Shown piece after piece: positions 20,500-30,469 of a DNA stretch of 64,000 nucleotides; position 1 is the first letter of the stretch, and each line of letters begins with the position of its first letter. This DNA comes from Bryobacterales bacterium. Lineage in GTDB: Bacteria; Acidobacteriota; Terriglobia; Bryobacterales; UBA6623. The DNA lies in assembly GCA_963422375.2 (NCBI GenBank), contig OY729428.2, positions 672,001-736,000 on the forward strand, read 5' to 3'. Below the pieces are notes generated by a model, which searched no databases, was not told the DNA's origin, and worked only from the letters and a program-made list of their open reading frames with translations. The position numbers and the translations under genes are program-made.

Positions 20500-21451
20500 G
20501 CCGCCGGACTCACGCGGGTCCATCCCCTGCCCGCACGGCCGAAGCGGAGACTCGCGGGGTGCAGGACTTCGGCGAGGATCTCGAGCGATTCGGCCAAGCG
20601 CGGGCCGGTCCGGTTGAAGAACTGGTTGCCGTCGGCAGCGAACACCCGGCCCGAGCGGACGGCACTCAAGCACGACCACCCGGCTCGCGCCTGCAGGATA
20701 GGAACGTCCTGCAGAGTCCGGTCGATACCGAAGCCGCACGGAGCGAGTACGATCACGTCGGGATCGGCGGTCACGAGGTTCTCGAATCGCAGCCTCGGGA
20801 ATGCTTGCCGGCCGCGCCGAAGAGGCAGCGCCCGCCGGCCATGTCGATCAGCTCGGGCATCCAGTTCCCGCCCGCCATCAGCGGGTCGACCCACTCGACA
20901 AACGCCACGGTCGGCTTGCCGGAGGCTTCCTCCGCCGCCTCGGCAACCGCTGCCATGCGGGCCTTCAGGGACGCGACCAATTCGGCACCCTCGCGCGGCA
21001 CCCCGAGCGCGGAGGCGACGCGTCGCATGTCCTCCCACACGTCCGCCAGCCGGAGGGGCCGCAGAGAGACGATCTCGGTGTCGCACTGGGAAATGCGGGC
21101 GACGGCAGCCCCGACGTCCCTCTCGCTGACCGCGCAGACATCGCACTGCGACTGCGTGACGATGTGCGTAGGGCGGACCTTCCGCAGCACGTCGGGAAGG
21201 ATCGCGTAGACCCCTAGCGCTTCCAGCGCGCGAGCTTCGCGAGCCAGCTCCCCGACATGGCGGTCAATCGCCCTGCTCGACGCGCTCACATCGAATCGCG
21301 GGACCGTGGCTCGAGGCAGTGACCGCACGTCCGCCGGGAAGTCGCACTCATGGGAGCGGCCGACCATTCGGTCTCGCAAGCCGAGCGCGCAGACGATCTC
21401 CGTCGCGCTAGCGATCAAGGAGAGAATGCGGACGGACGTTCTGTCGGTCAA
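20496..21451 (-). CDS. BtuF-like cobalamin/iron-siderophore substrate-binding protein, frameshifted near 20797
   Basis: RILSLIASATEIVCALG..VGRSHECDFP, TQSQCDVCAV, EWVDPLMAGGNWMPELI in one frame; ADPDVIVLAPCGF, DGNQFFNRTGPRL in the next. One extra C in CAT TCC (C)CG restores GKHSPRLRFE. Confidence 0.8.
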
Positions 21452-21493
21452 TTTGCTAGGCTGACCTATGCTGACAGGGCACTTGGCAGCGCC

Positions 21494-22441
21494 ATGCATC
21501 CCATCAATCGTTCGGAATTCCTGCGCCTATTGGCACTCGCCTCGGCCGCCCCGGCCCTCGCTCGGCGAGCGCTCCGAGGCGCGGACAGGCCGCGCAAGCT
21601 GGTCCTGATCGCCGGCAGTCCCAGTCACCCTCCCGGCATGCACGAATTCCGGGCCGGCACGCTGCTGCTGGAGAGGCGGCTGTCGCAGGTGCCCGGCCTG
21701 GCCGTGGAGCGGCACGACAACGGCTGGACGGCCGACGAAGAGACGCTCGAGGACGCGGATGCGATCGTGATCTACGCCGACGGCGGGCGGAAGCACCCCC
21801 TCGCGGACGAGCGCCGTCGCGCCTTGGTCGGTCAGCAAATCGGGCGCGGCGCGAGCCTGGGCTGCATGCACTACGGAGTCGAGGTACTCAAGGACGATGC
21901 CGGCACCGAGTTCAAGGATTGGCTCGGCGGGTACTACGAGCACGAGTGGTCGTGCAACCCGATATGGAGCCCGTCCTTCGAGAGCTTCCCGGACCATCCC
22001 GTGGCCAACGGCGTGCGGCCGTTCGCGGTCGAGGACGAGTGGTACTTCAACATGCGCTTCCGGGAGGGATTCCATGCGTCGGGTCCGAAGCGGATCGACG
22101 GCATGGCGTTCACCCCGATTCTCGTGGCCAAGCCGAGCGACTCGACGCGGGACGGGCCGTACGTGTATCCCAAGGGCCCCTACGCGCACATCCAAGCGGC
22201 CAAGGGGCGCGAGGAAACGATGCTCTGGGCGGTCGAGCGCGAGGACGGCGGACGGGGGTTCGGGTTCACCGGCGGGCACTTCCACCGGAATTGGAAGAAC
22301 GACGAGTACCGCAAGGTCGTGATGAACGCGATCTGCTGGCTGGCCGGTCTCAAGGTGCCCGCGCTCGGGGTAGGGTCGTCGACCGTCCGTGACGAGGAGC
22401 TCTCTCGCAACCTCGACCCCAAGCCGGCTAGGAAGGGCTGA
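21494..22441 (+). CDS. ThuA-like (class I glutamine amidotransferase fold) secreted protein
   Basis: Tat-like NRSEFL signal, LIAGSPSHPPGMHEFRAG, HPVANGV, DEWYFNMRF, GRGFGFTGGHFH.NW. Confidence 0.85.
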   Translation: MHPINRSEFLRLLALASAAPALARRALRGADRPRKLVLIAGSPSHPPGMHEFRAGTLLLERRLSQVPGLAVERHDNGWTADEETLEDADAIVIYADGGRKHPLADERRRALVGQQIGRGASLGCMHYGVEVLKDDAGTEFKDWLGGYYEHEWSCNPIWSPSFESFPDHPVANGVRPFAVEDEWYFNMRFREGFHASGPKRIDGMAFTPILVAKPSDSTRDGPYVYPKGPYAHIQAAKGREETMLWAVEREDGGRGFGFTGGHFHRNWKNDEYRKVVMNAICWLAGLKVPALGVGSSTVRDEELSRNLDPKPARKG

Positions 22442-22599
22442 CCGTCACACGGACAGGCGGCCGGAGGGATTCGAAATCCCGGCAGGACCTCAGCACCGGT
22501 GGCGGGCGACACGCCCGGCGTTCGCAGGCGTCGGCCAGCGGCCGTGACAGACTATCTCCTGTCCAACCGAATCACGAGGACACCAGGCGGATCGTGGCC

Positions 22600-23803
22600 G
22601 TGACGCGCCTAGGCGCACATACTGCCTTGAATACAATGATCTTTCTCTGGGGCCTCGATCTGTTTACTCCACCCTGCCTTGCATCCGAGGAACAGTGCTA
22701 AAATTTCTACCAAATGTTGCATTGGTATCACCTCTCGAGATTCACATGGCTCGCCCTACCGTCGTCATCACAAGGACTTAAGGGAGAGATTGCCGCCTGA
22801 CACTGGTGGCGTTACCAAAGCGCATGTCAATACCAGATCGTCGTTGATCAATCCTTGGAGAGCTCACTAGGAGCTTCGCAGAATACCGTAACGTGCTCGA
22901 GTAAGTCCGACGAACTCGTAATCGATGGCACTAATATGAAGGCAGTTCACTCTCTGCCACACGCCCTCCGGTAGTCTGTTGTCCTACAGCCCGACGGAAT
23001 CGAACTGTACCAGCAGGTTGGCGCTCGTGCCGACAGATTTCAAGCGATTCCTTGCGCGCTCGATCACGGCATCACAACCGCAGTCAGGGCCGATCGAGAT
23101 CAGGCAGTTACGGTCACTAATGCCGCGGGTGAAGTCGAGTGCCGTCTGTTGTTCCGTATAGGCAAAGGCCCGACCGGAGAAGGACTCAGTGCCATCTCTC
23201 CGGAGCTATCGGACGATCTTGCGACAACATCATCCATTCGCGCGTTACATGGATTCGCGGAAAGGTCCCTGAACAGCACTGTGACTGTCTGGTCAGCCGC
23301 TGCGCTGGCCGGGGCGTCTCGTGCGCCTCGTCCGTTCATTGTCGGCCACGATGTACCGCGATCTAGCTGAAGATCCGTAGGATTCTGCACTGCTCATCTT
23401 CTCGGAGAAGCACAATCGCTTCCGTGATCGCTTCACTATCAACAACAGGAAAGGCTCGAACTGCGCCCGGTGCCAACCGGTCGCTCTAGCCGTTGACCAT
23501 CTCGAGACGGAATTGGCCTTCGAAGACCTGATTGGCGAGGGTACCCAACTCTTCGCCCGGAACTGCATGGCCGCTCGCGAGGCGCACTCCGGAATCTCTA
23601 GGGTACCGGGGTGTAGGTGCTTGAGACATGCATCGTAGTCTTGGCGTTGAACTGCGCCCCGCCAAGAGTCGAGAAACGATTGTAGGGAATTCTCGAACTG
23701 CAAGCGACCCCGTAGATTGCGCGTGCGCTTGTCGAGGCAGTCTCGCGAGGATAAACGCAGCCAATAGTGCTACAAGAGGGAAGTTCCTTGCGTTGACGAT
23801 CAC
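22600..23803 (-). pseudogene. Decayed lower-GC gene remnant(s), apparently a secreted protein
   Basis: Signal-peptide-like start (FPLVALLAAFILARLPRQAHAQ) followed by frame-hopping ORF pieces and stops. Visibly less GC-rich than flanks. Function not assignable. Confidence 0.35.
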
Positions 23804-24104
23804 GGGAATTCAAGGTGGGAGATCATCTCAAGCCTCACGATCGCTTGGTAGCTCAAATGGATGCAGGCGATGCCTGCGTTAGTCCTTTTGGGGAGCGCAT
23901 GCACATTCATGAATGGATCCGGCATAGGCAGGCATTCATCGGCAACAGCGCCCACTCGCTTGCGGGATCGCCGTCGGTGCTCCGCATACCACGACACTCT
24001 TCAATCGAGAATAAAATACTCCGAAACGAGAGTCGCTGTCCCCGAACGGCCCGACAGGGACATCGTGACAATCCCGGTACCCGACACCCAAGCCGCTGCC
24101 GACG

Positions 24105-24181
24105 TGGTCGGGGCGGAGGGATTCGAACCCCCGGCTTCCTGCTCCCAAAGCAGGCGCGCTACCAGACTGCGCCACGCCCCG
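24105..24181 (-). tRNA. tRNA-Pro (anticodon TGG)
   Basis: CGGGGCGTGGCGCAGTCTGGTAGCGCG-CCTGC-TTTGGGA-GCAGG...GGTTCGAATCC...CCCCGACCA. Confidence 0.95.
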
Positions 24182-24201
24182 CCAAGCTCATTCTAGGCCC
24201 G

Positions 24202-25884
24202 CTAGCGGAAGTCGACGCGGATACCGCGCTCCTTGAGCAGCTCGCCGGTCACCTGCAGTAAAGTCACCATCGCCTGGCGGTAGCCGATCGACTCCTGCAG
24301 GAGGTCCGCCTGGCTCTGGACCAAGTCGTCCTGGGCGTCGAGGACGAGGAACGCCGTGCTGACGCCGAGGTCGTACTTCTGCTGCTCCGCGTCCAAGCGC
24401 CTCTGGGAGTAGTCCAGCGCGACGGCGGCCTGCTGGATGGCCGCCTTGCTCAGTTCCACCCCCGTGATCGCGTTGAGCACCTCCAGCCGGATCTGCTGCT
24501 CCAATGATCGCAGCTCGTACATGTCGCGCTTCTTCTGCAGCACCGAATTCGCGAGATCCACCGCGGCCCGCCGGTTCCGCAGCGGCAGATCCAGCGTGAT
24601 GCCCATCGAGTAGGTGGGAAAGGCGAACTGCAGCAACTGGTTCATCGCCGCCGGGAAGCCGCCAGCTTCCAGCAGGCGCGTGCTGCCCGCGCCGAGAAGC
24701 GATCTCTCGTACATGTTGCCGCCCAGGCCGGTGGCGCTGTAGGAGGCCGTCACCGACAGGTCGGGGCGCTGCTGGTTCGTGAAGCGCTTGATGTTGTAGT
24801 CGTCGATCTCGATGTTCTTCCGCCGCATCCGCACCTCCGGCCGCCCGGCGACCGCCTGCAGGATCGTTTCCGTCGGATCGAAGCTGGGCATGTATATCGG
24901 CGGGTCGGCGGATTCCGTCAGCACGAGCGGGAGATTGCGGATTTCGGGATCCAAATCGGCCCCGATCTGGCGCCGCACGCGGTCCTCGGCCTGCTCGAGC
25001 CGGTAGCGGGCGCGCGTGACGCTCACCTGGGCGTTAGCGAAATTCTGTTCGGGCTGGTAGATGTCCAGCCGCGAGATCGCGCCGAGCTCCAGCTCGCGCC
25101 GCGAGCGCTCGAGAAACTTCCGCCGCAACTCCAGGTTGTTCTCCTGCACGGCCAGCACCTCGCGGTTCGACACCACCTGCCAGTACGTGTTCTCGGCCTG
25201 CGCAGCCAGCTGGATGATGCGGTCGAGCGCCTGCGACTGGCTGATGTCGTAGCGAGATCGCGCGATCAGAATCGGAATCCGCTGGATGCCGCGCCCGCGG
25301 TTCCGCAGCAGCGGCTGCGTGACGCGGAACTGCAAGGTATCCTGGATCGACGGATTGAACGTGCGAAAGGTGCTGCTGCTCGCGTTCTTGAGGCCGGTGA
25401 AGCCGACGGAATAGTTCATGCCGGTGTCGAGCGTCTGGCGGTAGGTGAAGCCGCCTGTCTGCCGCAGGGTGCTCACGACGTCGCCGCCCTGCAGCACGTC
25501 CTGGGACGGGTTCGTGCCGCGATTGGCATTGAAGTTGAGCGCGAGATTGGGGTCGAAGGGACTGAACGCCCGCTCGATCGAGTTTTCGGACTCGAGCACA
25601 TTGAGCACTTGGATCTGCACGTCCGGGTGGTTGGCCATCACGAGCTCCAAGTAGGCTCGCAAGCTCAGCTCGAGCTTCCCGTCCACCACGTGCTCCTCGA
25701 GGTTCGATACGGTATCGATCTCGACCGAGTACGGAGCGCCCTGCCACATCTCGCGGAAGTAGGCGCCGTCCGGGAACGTCGCGAGCTGCCCCGCGAGGGG
25801 GGCAGCGGCAAGCAGCAGCGTCGCGACCGGAACCAGCGCGAGACGGTTCGCCCGGTAGGCGGGAGCTGTGGGAGCGCTATTCAT
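24202..25884 (-). CDS. TolC-family outer-membrane efflux protein
   Basis: Signal peptide, TQPLLRNRG, ENTYW, ELELGAIS, LPLRNR, EQQKYDLGVST. Confidence 0.88.
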   Translation of the reverse strand: MNSAPTAPAYRANRLALVPVATLLLAAAPLAGQLATFPDGAYFREMWQGAPYSVEIDTVSNLEEHVVDGKLELSLRAYLELVMANHPDVQIQVLNVLESENSIERAFSPFDPNLALNFNANRGTNPSQDVLQGGDVVSTLRQTGGFTYRQTLDTGMNYSVGFTGLKNASSSTFRTFNPSIQDTLQFRVTQPLLRNRGRGIQRIPILIARSRYDISQSQALDRIIQLAAQAENTYWQVVSNREVLAVQENNLELRRKFLERSRRELELGAISRLDIYQPEQNFANAQVSVTRARYRLEQAEDRVRRQIGADLDPEIRNLPLVLTESADPPIYMPSFDPTETILQAVAGRPEVRMRRKNIEIDDYNIKRFTNQQRPDLSVTASYSATGLGGNMYERSLLGAGSTRLLEAGGFPAAMNQLLQFAFPTYSMGITLDLPLRNRRAAVDLANSVLQKKRDMYELRSLEQQIRLEVLNAITGVELSKAAIQQAAVALDYSQRRLDAEQQKYDLGVSTAFLVLDAQDDLVQSQADLLQESIGYRQAMVTLLQVTGELLKERGIRVDFR

Positions 25885-27133
25885 ATCGGATGGCCTCAAT
25901 GGGATCGAGTCTGGCCGCCTGCATGGCGGGATAGATGCCGAACAGCAGCCCGATGAATACCGAGACGCCGAACGAAACCACGATGGAGATGGCGGTAACC
26001 ACCGTCGCCCAGCCGGCGATAGCGGCGATCACCCTGGAGCCGCCGAAGCCCGCGGCGATGCCGATCAGGCCGCCGAGGATCGAGATCATGACGGCCTCGA
26101 TCAGGAACTGGCGCACGATATCGCGCTGCCGGGCTCCGATCGCCCGCCGGATGCCGATCTCGCGGGTGCGCTCGAGCACCGTCGCCAGCATGATGTTCAT
26201 GATTCCGATCCCGCCCACCAGCAGCGAGATGCCCGCGATGCAGATCATGACGATCTGAAACACCAGCTGCTGCTGCTCGCGCTGCGCGAGCAGGTCGGCG
26301 GGCACGAGCACGGAAAAGTCGCTCGCGCCGTTGTGCGTGGTGTTGAGGATCGCACGCACGATCTGGGACGTCTCGATCGGATCGGCCTCCGGCTCGACGC
26401 GCAGGAATATGCCGTCGATCTCGTCCTTCAGGTAGCTATTGTTGTCCTCGAACCGTCGCATCACGGCATTCAGGGGAGCGAGGATGAGGTTGCTGCCCTC
26501 GTCGGCTTCCAAGCCCTCGACCTCCGATTCGGCGGTCGCCTGCGAGGCCGCTACGCCGATCACGTGCAGCCAGACCTCGTTGACCTTGACGTACTTGCCG
26601 ACAGCGCTGCCGTAGCCCAGAATGCTGATCTTGGCGCGCTCCCCGAGCACGCAGACCGGCGCGGACCGGGCCTGCTCTTCCTCGGTGAAGAAGCGGCCCT
26701 CGATCAGCGACAGACTGTAGATGTCCGTGTAGTTCGGCCGGACGCCGATCAGCGTCGGCAGGTCGCCGTCGATGCTAGGCAGCAGGCTGGTCGGGTTGAA
26801 CGTCTTGCGCTCCGACAGGCTCGCGATGTTCGGGGTGTTCGCGGCGATCGCCCGGGCGTCGCGGAAGGTCAGGCCCGGGGACACCTGGCGCACCTCGATC
26901 AGCGTGTCGCGATCGGGGGCCTCGGCAGCCTCGACGACGATGTTGTTCACGCCGAGCAGGTCGATGTAGCGGATCATCTCCTGCCGCGCGCCTTCGGTGA
27001 TCGACAGCATCGCCACTACTACCGCGCCCACGCCGAAGATCATGCCGAGCATCGTCAGGAGCGTGCGCAGCTTGTGCGCCAGCAGGCTCCCGATCCCCAT
27101 CTGGAGCTCGGGCAGGACGTTGGGAAGCTGCAT
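25877..27133 (-). CDS. MacB/FtsX-type ABC transporter permease
   Basis: KLRTLLTMLGMIFGV, LLVGGIGIMNIMLATVLERTREIGIRRAIGA, GIYPA..AARLDPIEAIRYE. Confidence 0.93.
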   Translation of the reverse strand: MQLPNVLPELQMGIGSLLAHKLRTLLTMLGMIFGVGAVVVAMLSITEGARQEMIRYIDLLGVNNIVVEAAEAPDRDTLIEVRQVSPGLTFRDARAIAANTPNIASLSERKTFNPTSLLPSIDGDLPTLIGVRPNYTDIYSLSLIEGRFFTEEEQARSAPVCVLGERAKISILGYGSAVGKYVKVNEVWLHVIGVAASQATAESEVEGLEADEGSNLILAPLNAVMRRFEDNNSYLKDEIDGIFLRVEPEADPIETSQIVRAILNTTHNGASDFSVLVPADLLAQREQQQLVFQIVMICIAGISLLVGGIGIMNIMLATVLERTREIGIRRAIGARQRDIVRQFLIEAVMISILGGLIGIAAGFGGSRVIAAIAGWATVVTAISIVVSFGVSVFIGLLFGIYPAMQAARLDPIEAIRYE

Positions 27134-27136
27134 CGG

Positions 27137-29116
27137 TTACCGGCCCCTGCCCGCGCCCGGGAAGGACGGGCCGCCCCCCGGTTCGGGCGTCTTGGAGCGA
27201 GAGGCCGGAGCGGAGTCCTCGGGACGGTACAGGGAAATCAGCTCGCCTTCATCCAAGCCGTCGACCACGGCGACCTGCGACTCGGAGCGCCGGCCCAGCC
27301 GGACCGGGCGGGCCTGCAGCCTGCTCCCGTCCGCGACGTAGACCACGGTCTGCGCGCCCTGCTCGAACACGGCCTGGTAGGGGATGTAGAGCGTGTCGCG
27401 GATATGCTCGACCGTCACTTCCGCGTCCGCCAGCAGACCCGGACGCAGCAGCACTTCCACGTCGGAACCCTGCTGCGGAGGTGACGGCAGCCTCGCGGCC
27501 GTGCGCTCGGACTCGGAGAATTCGGAGGTCGGCTGGGATACCGCCGCAAGACCGGGACTCCCCTCGCCGGGGCCGCCCGGTCTCGCACCGGCCCCCGGCC
27601 CCCGGCCCCCTTGGCCGCCGACCCCGGCCTGCATGAGCTGGCGGAACTGCTGCCGCTCGTCGCCGCTCAGGTCCCGCGGACTGCGCCCCTTGAGCAGGGC
27701 CTCCGCCTTCTTCCGGGACTCTTCGGGCAGCCGCTCGAGGATTGCCGACATGTCGCGGGGGCCCTGGCCCCCTTGGCCGCGCGGACCCTGGCCCTGGGCT
27801 CCCCCCTGCCCCTGACCGCCTGGCCCTTCGCCGCGCTGGCCTTGGGCTCTCTGGGCTTGGCCGCGCTGGCCCTGGGCGTCCTGCGCCAGCTGCCGTTCGC
27901 CTCCGTCGCGCCGCCCGCGCCCCTGGCCGCCGGCGGCGTCACGGCCTCCGCCCTGCGAGGGGGCGCCGGCCGCCGGGGCGGAGGCGGCACGCTGCGAGCG
28001 GCTGGACTGTCCGCCGTAGCCGACGGCGGCGTTCTGCCGCGCGGTCGCCATGATCCGTTCCACCCGCGCCGGATCCGCGCCGACGTTCTCCAGCAGCTGC
28101 TGCATGTCGATGGAAATGACGCACTCGAACTTCTTCGTCGCCTCGCCGGCGAAGATGTTCGCCGACGCCGTGTTGCCGAGGCGCTTGATCTGCCCAGGGA
28201 CGGTCTTGTCCGACAGGGCGTCGAGCCGGATGACGACGTCCTGGCCCTCGCGCAGGTTGGCGCGCTCCGACTCCTCAACCCGCGTGAGGAGTTCCATCTC
28301 CGACAGATCCAGCAGCTGCGCCACCGCCATGCCCGGGTACACCTGGTCGCCTTCGCGAATCTCCGGGAGCGACTGCCCGAAGCCTCCGCGGCCTCCCGAC
28401 CGGTTCTGCTGGATGGCCACCAGCCCGGTCAGCGGGGCGAGCTTGCGCGACTCCGCGATCCGCCGCCGGTCGCGGGTAACGTCGAGCTGCGCCTTGTTGA
28501 GCTGCTCGCGCAGCACCGCCAGCTCGGCCTCCCTCTGCTGGAGCCGGTTCTTGATGTCCTCCTCCAGCTTCTGCTTGCGCCGCTTGGCCTCCTCGAGCGT
28601 CAGCTCGTTCTTGCGCGCGTCGATCGCTGCGAGCAGCTCGTTCCGGCGCACTTCCAGCTCGGCCCTGCGCACTTGGAAGTTCGCCTGCACGATCTCGACC
28701 TCGTCCTGGCTCTTGCGGATTTCCAGCTCGGCCTCCGCCTTCTTCAGGTTCTCCTGAATCTGCTCCACCGAGAGCAGGCTGTCCTCGAGGGCCGCCACGC
28801 GCTCGGAATCGTCGACCTCGAAGATCAGGTTGCCCCGGTGCGCGAGCGCCCCGGTGGGCGCAAGCTGCGTGACCTGCGACATCGATCCGATGTTCGGCGC
28901 CGTCAGGGTCAGCGAGCGCACGGCGCGCAGCTCGCCCCGGAGATGGGTCTTCACCACCAGGTCCCCGCGCTTCACCTCGGCAAGAGCTAGATCCTGCCGC
29001 GCTTCGGGAAGCTGCTCCACGGCGTAGTAGCCGCCGTATACGAGTGCCCCCACAACCAGGACCGCAGCGATCCGAATCAACAGCTTGGTCATACCTTCGG
29101 CCTTTCCCTTGGTCAC
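27137..29116 (-). CDS. HlyD-family periplasmic adaptor with long Gly/Gln-rich insertion
   Basis: Adaptor motifs (APLTGLV, GDQVYPG, LRPGLLADAEV) interrupted by about 200 aa of low-complexity sequence. Confidence 0.85.
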   Translation of the reverse strand: MTKGKAEGMTKLLIRIAAVLVVGALVYGGYYAVEQLPEARQDLALAEVKRGDLVVKTHLRGELRAVRSLTLTAPNIGSMSQVTQLAPTGALAHRGNLIFEVDDSERVAALEDSLLSVEQIQENLKKAEAELEIRKSQDEVEIVQANFQVRRAELEVRRNELLAAIDARKNELTLEEAKRRKQKLEEDIKNRLQQREAELAVLREQLNKAQLDVTRDRRRIAESRKLAPLTGLVAIQQNRSGGRGGFGQSLPEIREGDQVYPGMAVAQLLDLSEMELLTRVEESERANLREGQDVVIRLDALSDKTVPGQIKRLGNTASANIFAGEATKKFECVISIDMQQLLENVGADPARVERIMATARQNAAVGYGGQSSRSQRAASAPAAGAPSQGGGRDAAGGQGRGRRDGGERQLAQDAQGQRGQAQRAQGQRGEGPGGQGQGGAQGQGPRGQGGQGPRDMSAILERLPEESRKKAEALLKGRSPRDLSGDERQQFRQLMQAGVGGQGGRGPGAGARPGGPGEGSPGLAAVSQPTSEFSESERTAARLPSPPQQGSDVEVLLRPGLLADAEVTVEHIRDTLYIPYQAVFEQGAQTVVYVADGSRLQARPVRLGRRSESQVAVVDGLDEGELISLYRPEDSAPASRSKTPEPGGGPSFPGAGRGR

Positions 29117-30372
29117 AGCCTCCGGCCCCGCGCGAGCGCGAGTTCCGGATTCTCGAGCGCGATCACGTCGCCATGCTCAAGGCCGGACGCCACCACGATC
29201 TCGGTGCCGTTCGTCGCGGACACCTCGATCTGGGCGCGGCGGTAGCCCGCGCCCTCCTTGACGAACACGGTCGGCTTGCCGTCGATCTGAGTCGACGCCT
29301 TGCTGGGGATCACCAGCACGTCCGCGATCCGTTGCACAATCGTCTCCACGGTCACGCTCATGCCGGGCCTGAGGCGATCGTCCCGGTCGAGGATGTCGGC
29401 GTAGGCCGGGAAGTTCTTTTCAGGGGGCAGGCGGTTGAAGAGCAGCGTCGCGATCGGACTGAGCCAGCCCACACTCCCCTTCAGCACCGCGTCCGGCACG
29501 GCGTCCACGCGGATGAGCGTGTCTTGGCCCTCGGCGACCCGCCCCCGGTCGACCTCGTCGACGCGAAACTCGACGCGCAGCGACTCGAGGTCGGGGATTT
29601 CGGCGATAGCCGCCCCGGTCCACACCGTGTCGCCCTCCTGGAACGGCGGCCGCGCCGTGCCGAAGGAACCTTGGGCCCGGTTGTTGGACAGGACATGGAC
29701 GATGCCGTCGCGCGGCGCCCGCAAGACCATGCTCCCTAGGTAGGTCCTCGCTAGGCTCAGATCCCGCACCGCCTTGTTCTTGCGCTCGGTCAGTCGCTCC
29801 ATGTCGGCCGCTTGGGACATGTCGCTCGCCTCGGCGTTGGTCTCGGATTTCTTGAGCTCGCCCTCGGCGATGACGACGTCGATCTTGGCCTTCTCGGCTT
29901 CGATCTCCGCCAAGATCTCCTGTTTGCTGGCCTCGAGCCCCGCCCGCTCCAGGTTGTACGTCGCCTGCATCACCATCATCTCGTTGCGCTCGTCCGTGAT
30001 GGCATGCTGCGCCTCGGCCTGCTCGATCTCGCTGTCGACCTGGCGCACTTGGGTCTGCCGCTCGATCAGGTTGTCTTCCTGGGCAGCCTCGTCGAACCGC
30101 ACCACCACATCGCCGGCGGCTATCGGCCGACCGTTCTCGGCCAGCTCGACGATCTTCAGGTCAGGCGTCTGCGGGGCGACCACCTGCACCGACAGGGCGC
30201 TCTTGAGCTCGCCGCGGCTGGTGACAGTCCGCAGGAAGTCGCGACGCTCGACCTGCGCCGTCGGCAGGTCGGGCGGCGCGGGGCCGTAGAGCATCATCCC
30301 GGCCGCCGTCAGGCCGGCCGTCCCCGCCACGACTAAGGCGGAACGCAACCAAGAGAGTTTCCGAATCGGCAT
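29113..30372 (-). CDS. HlyD/RND-type periplasmic adaptor subunit
   Basis: LRAPRDGIV, EGDTVWTG, LRPGMSV. Start could be 30372 or 30393. Confidence 0.85.
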   Translation of the reverse strand: MPIRKLSWLRSALVVAGTAGLTAAGMMLYGPAPPDLPTAQVERRDFLRTVTSRGELKSALSVQVVAPQTPDLKIVELAENGRPIAAGDVVVRFDEAAQEDNLIERQTQVRQVDSEIEQAEAQHAITDERNEMMVMQATYNLERAGLEASKQEILAEIEAEKAKIDVVIAEGELKKSETNAEASDMSQAADMERLTERKNKAVRDLSLARTYLGSMVLRAPRDGIVHVLSNNRAQGSFGTARPPFQEGDTVWTGAAIAEIPDLESLRVEFRVDEVDRGRVAEGQDTLIRVDAVPDAVLKGSVGWLSPIATLLFNRLPPEKNFPAYADILDRDDRLRPGMSVTVETIVQRIADVLVIPSKASTQIDGKPTVFVKEGAGYRRAQIEVSATNGTEIVVASGLEHGDVIALENPELALARGRRL

Positions 30373-30469
30373 CGTCTGGAGCCGCCTGCGCAACGGCAGC
30401 TACCGATATTGGCGAATTTTCGGGGCCTCAGGTTATTCCCGGCCCGGGCTCGGCGCGCTTTTGCGCCGG

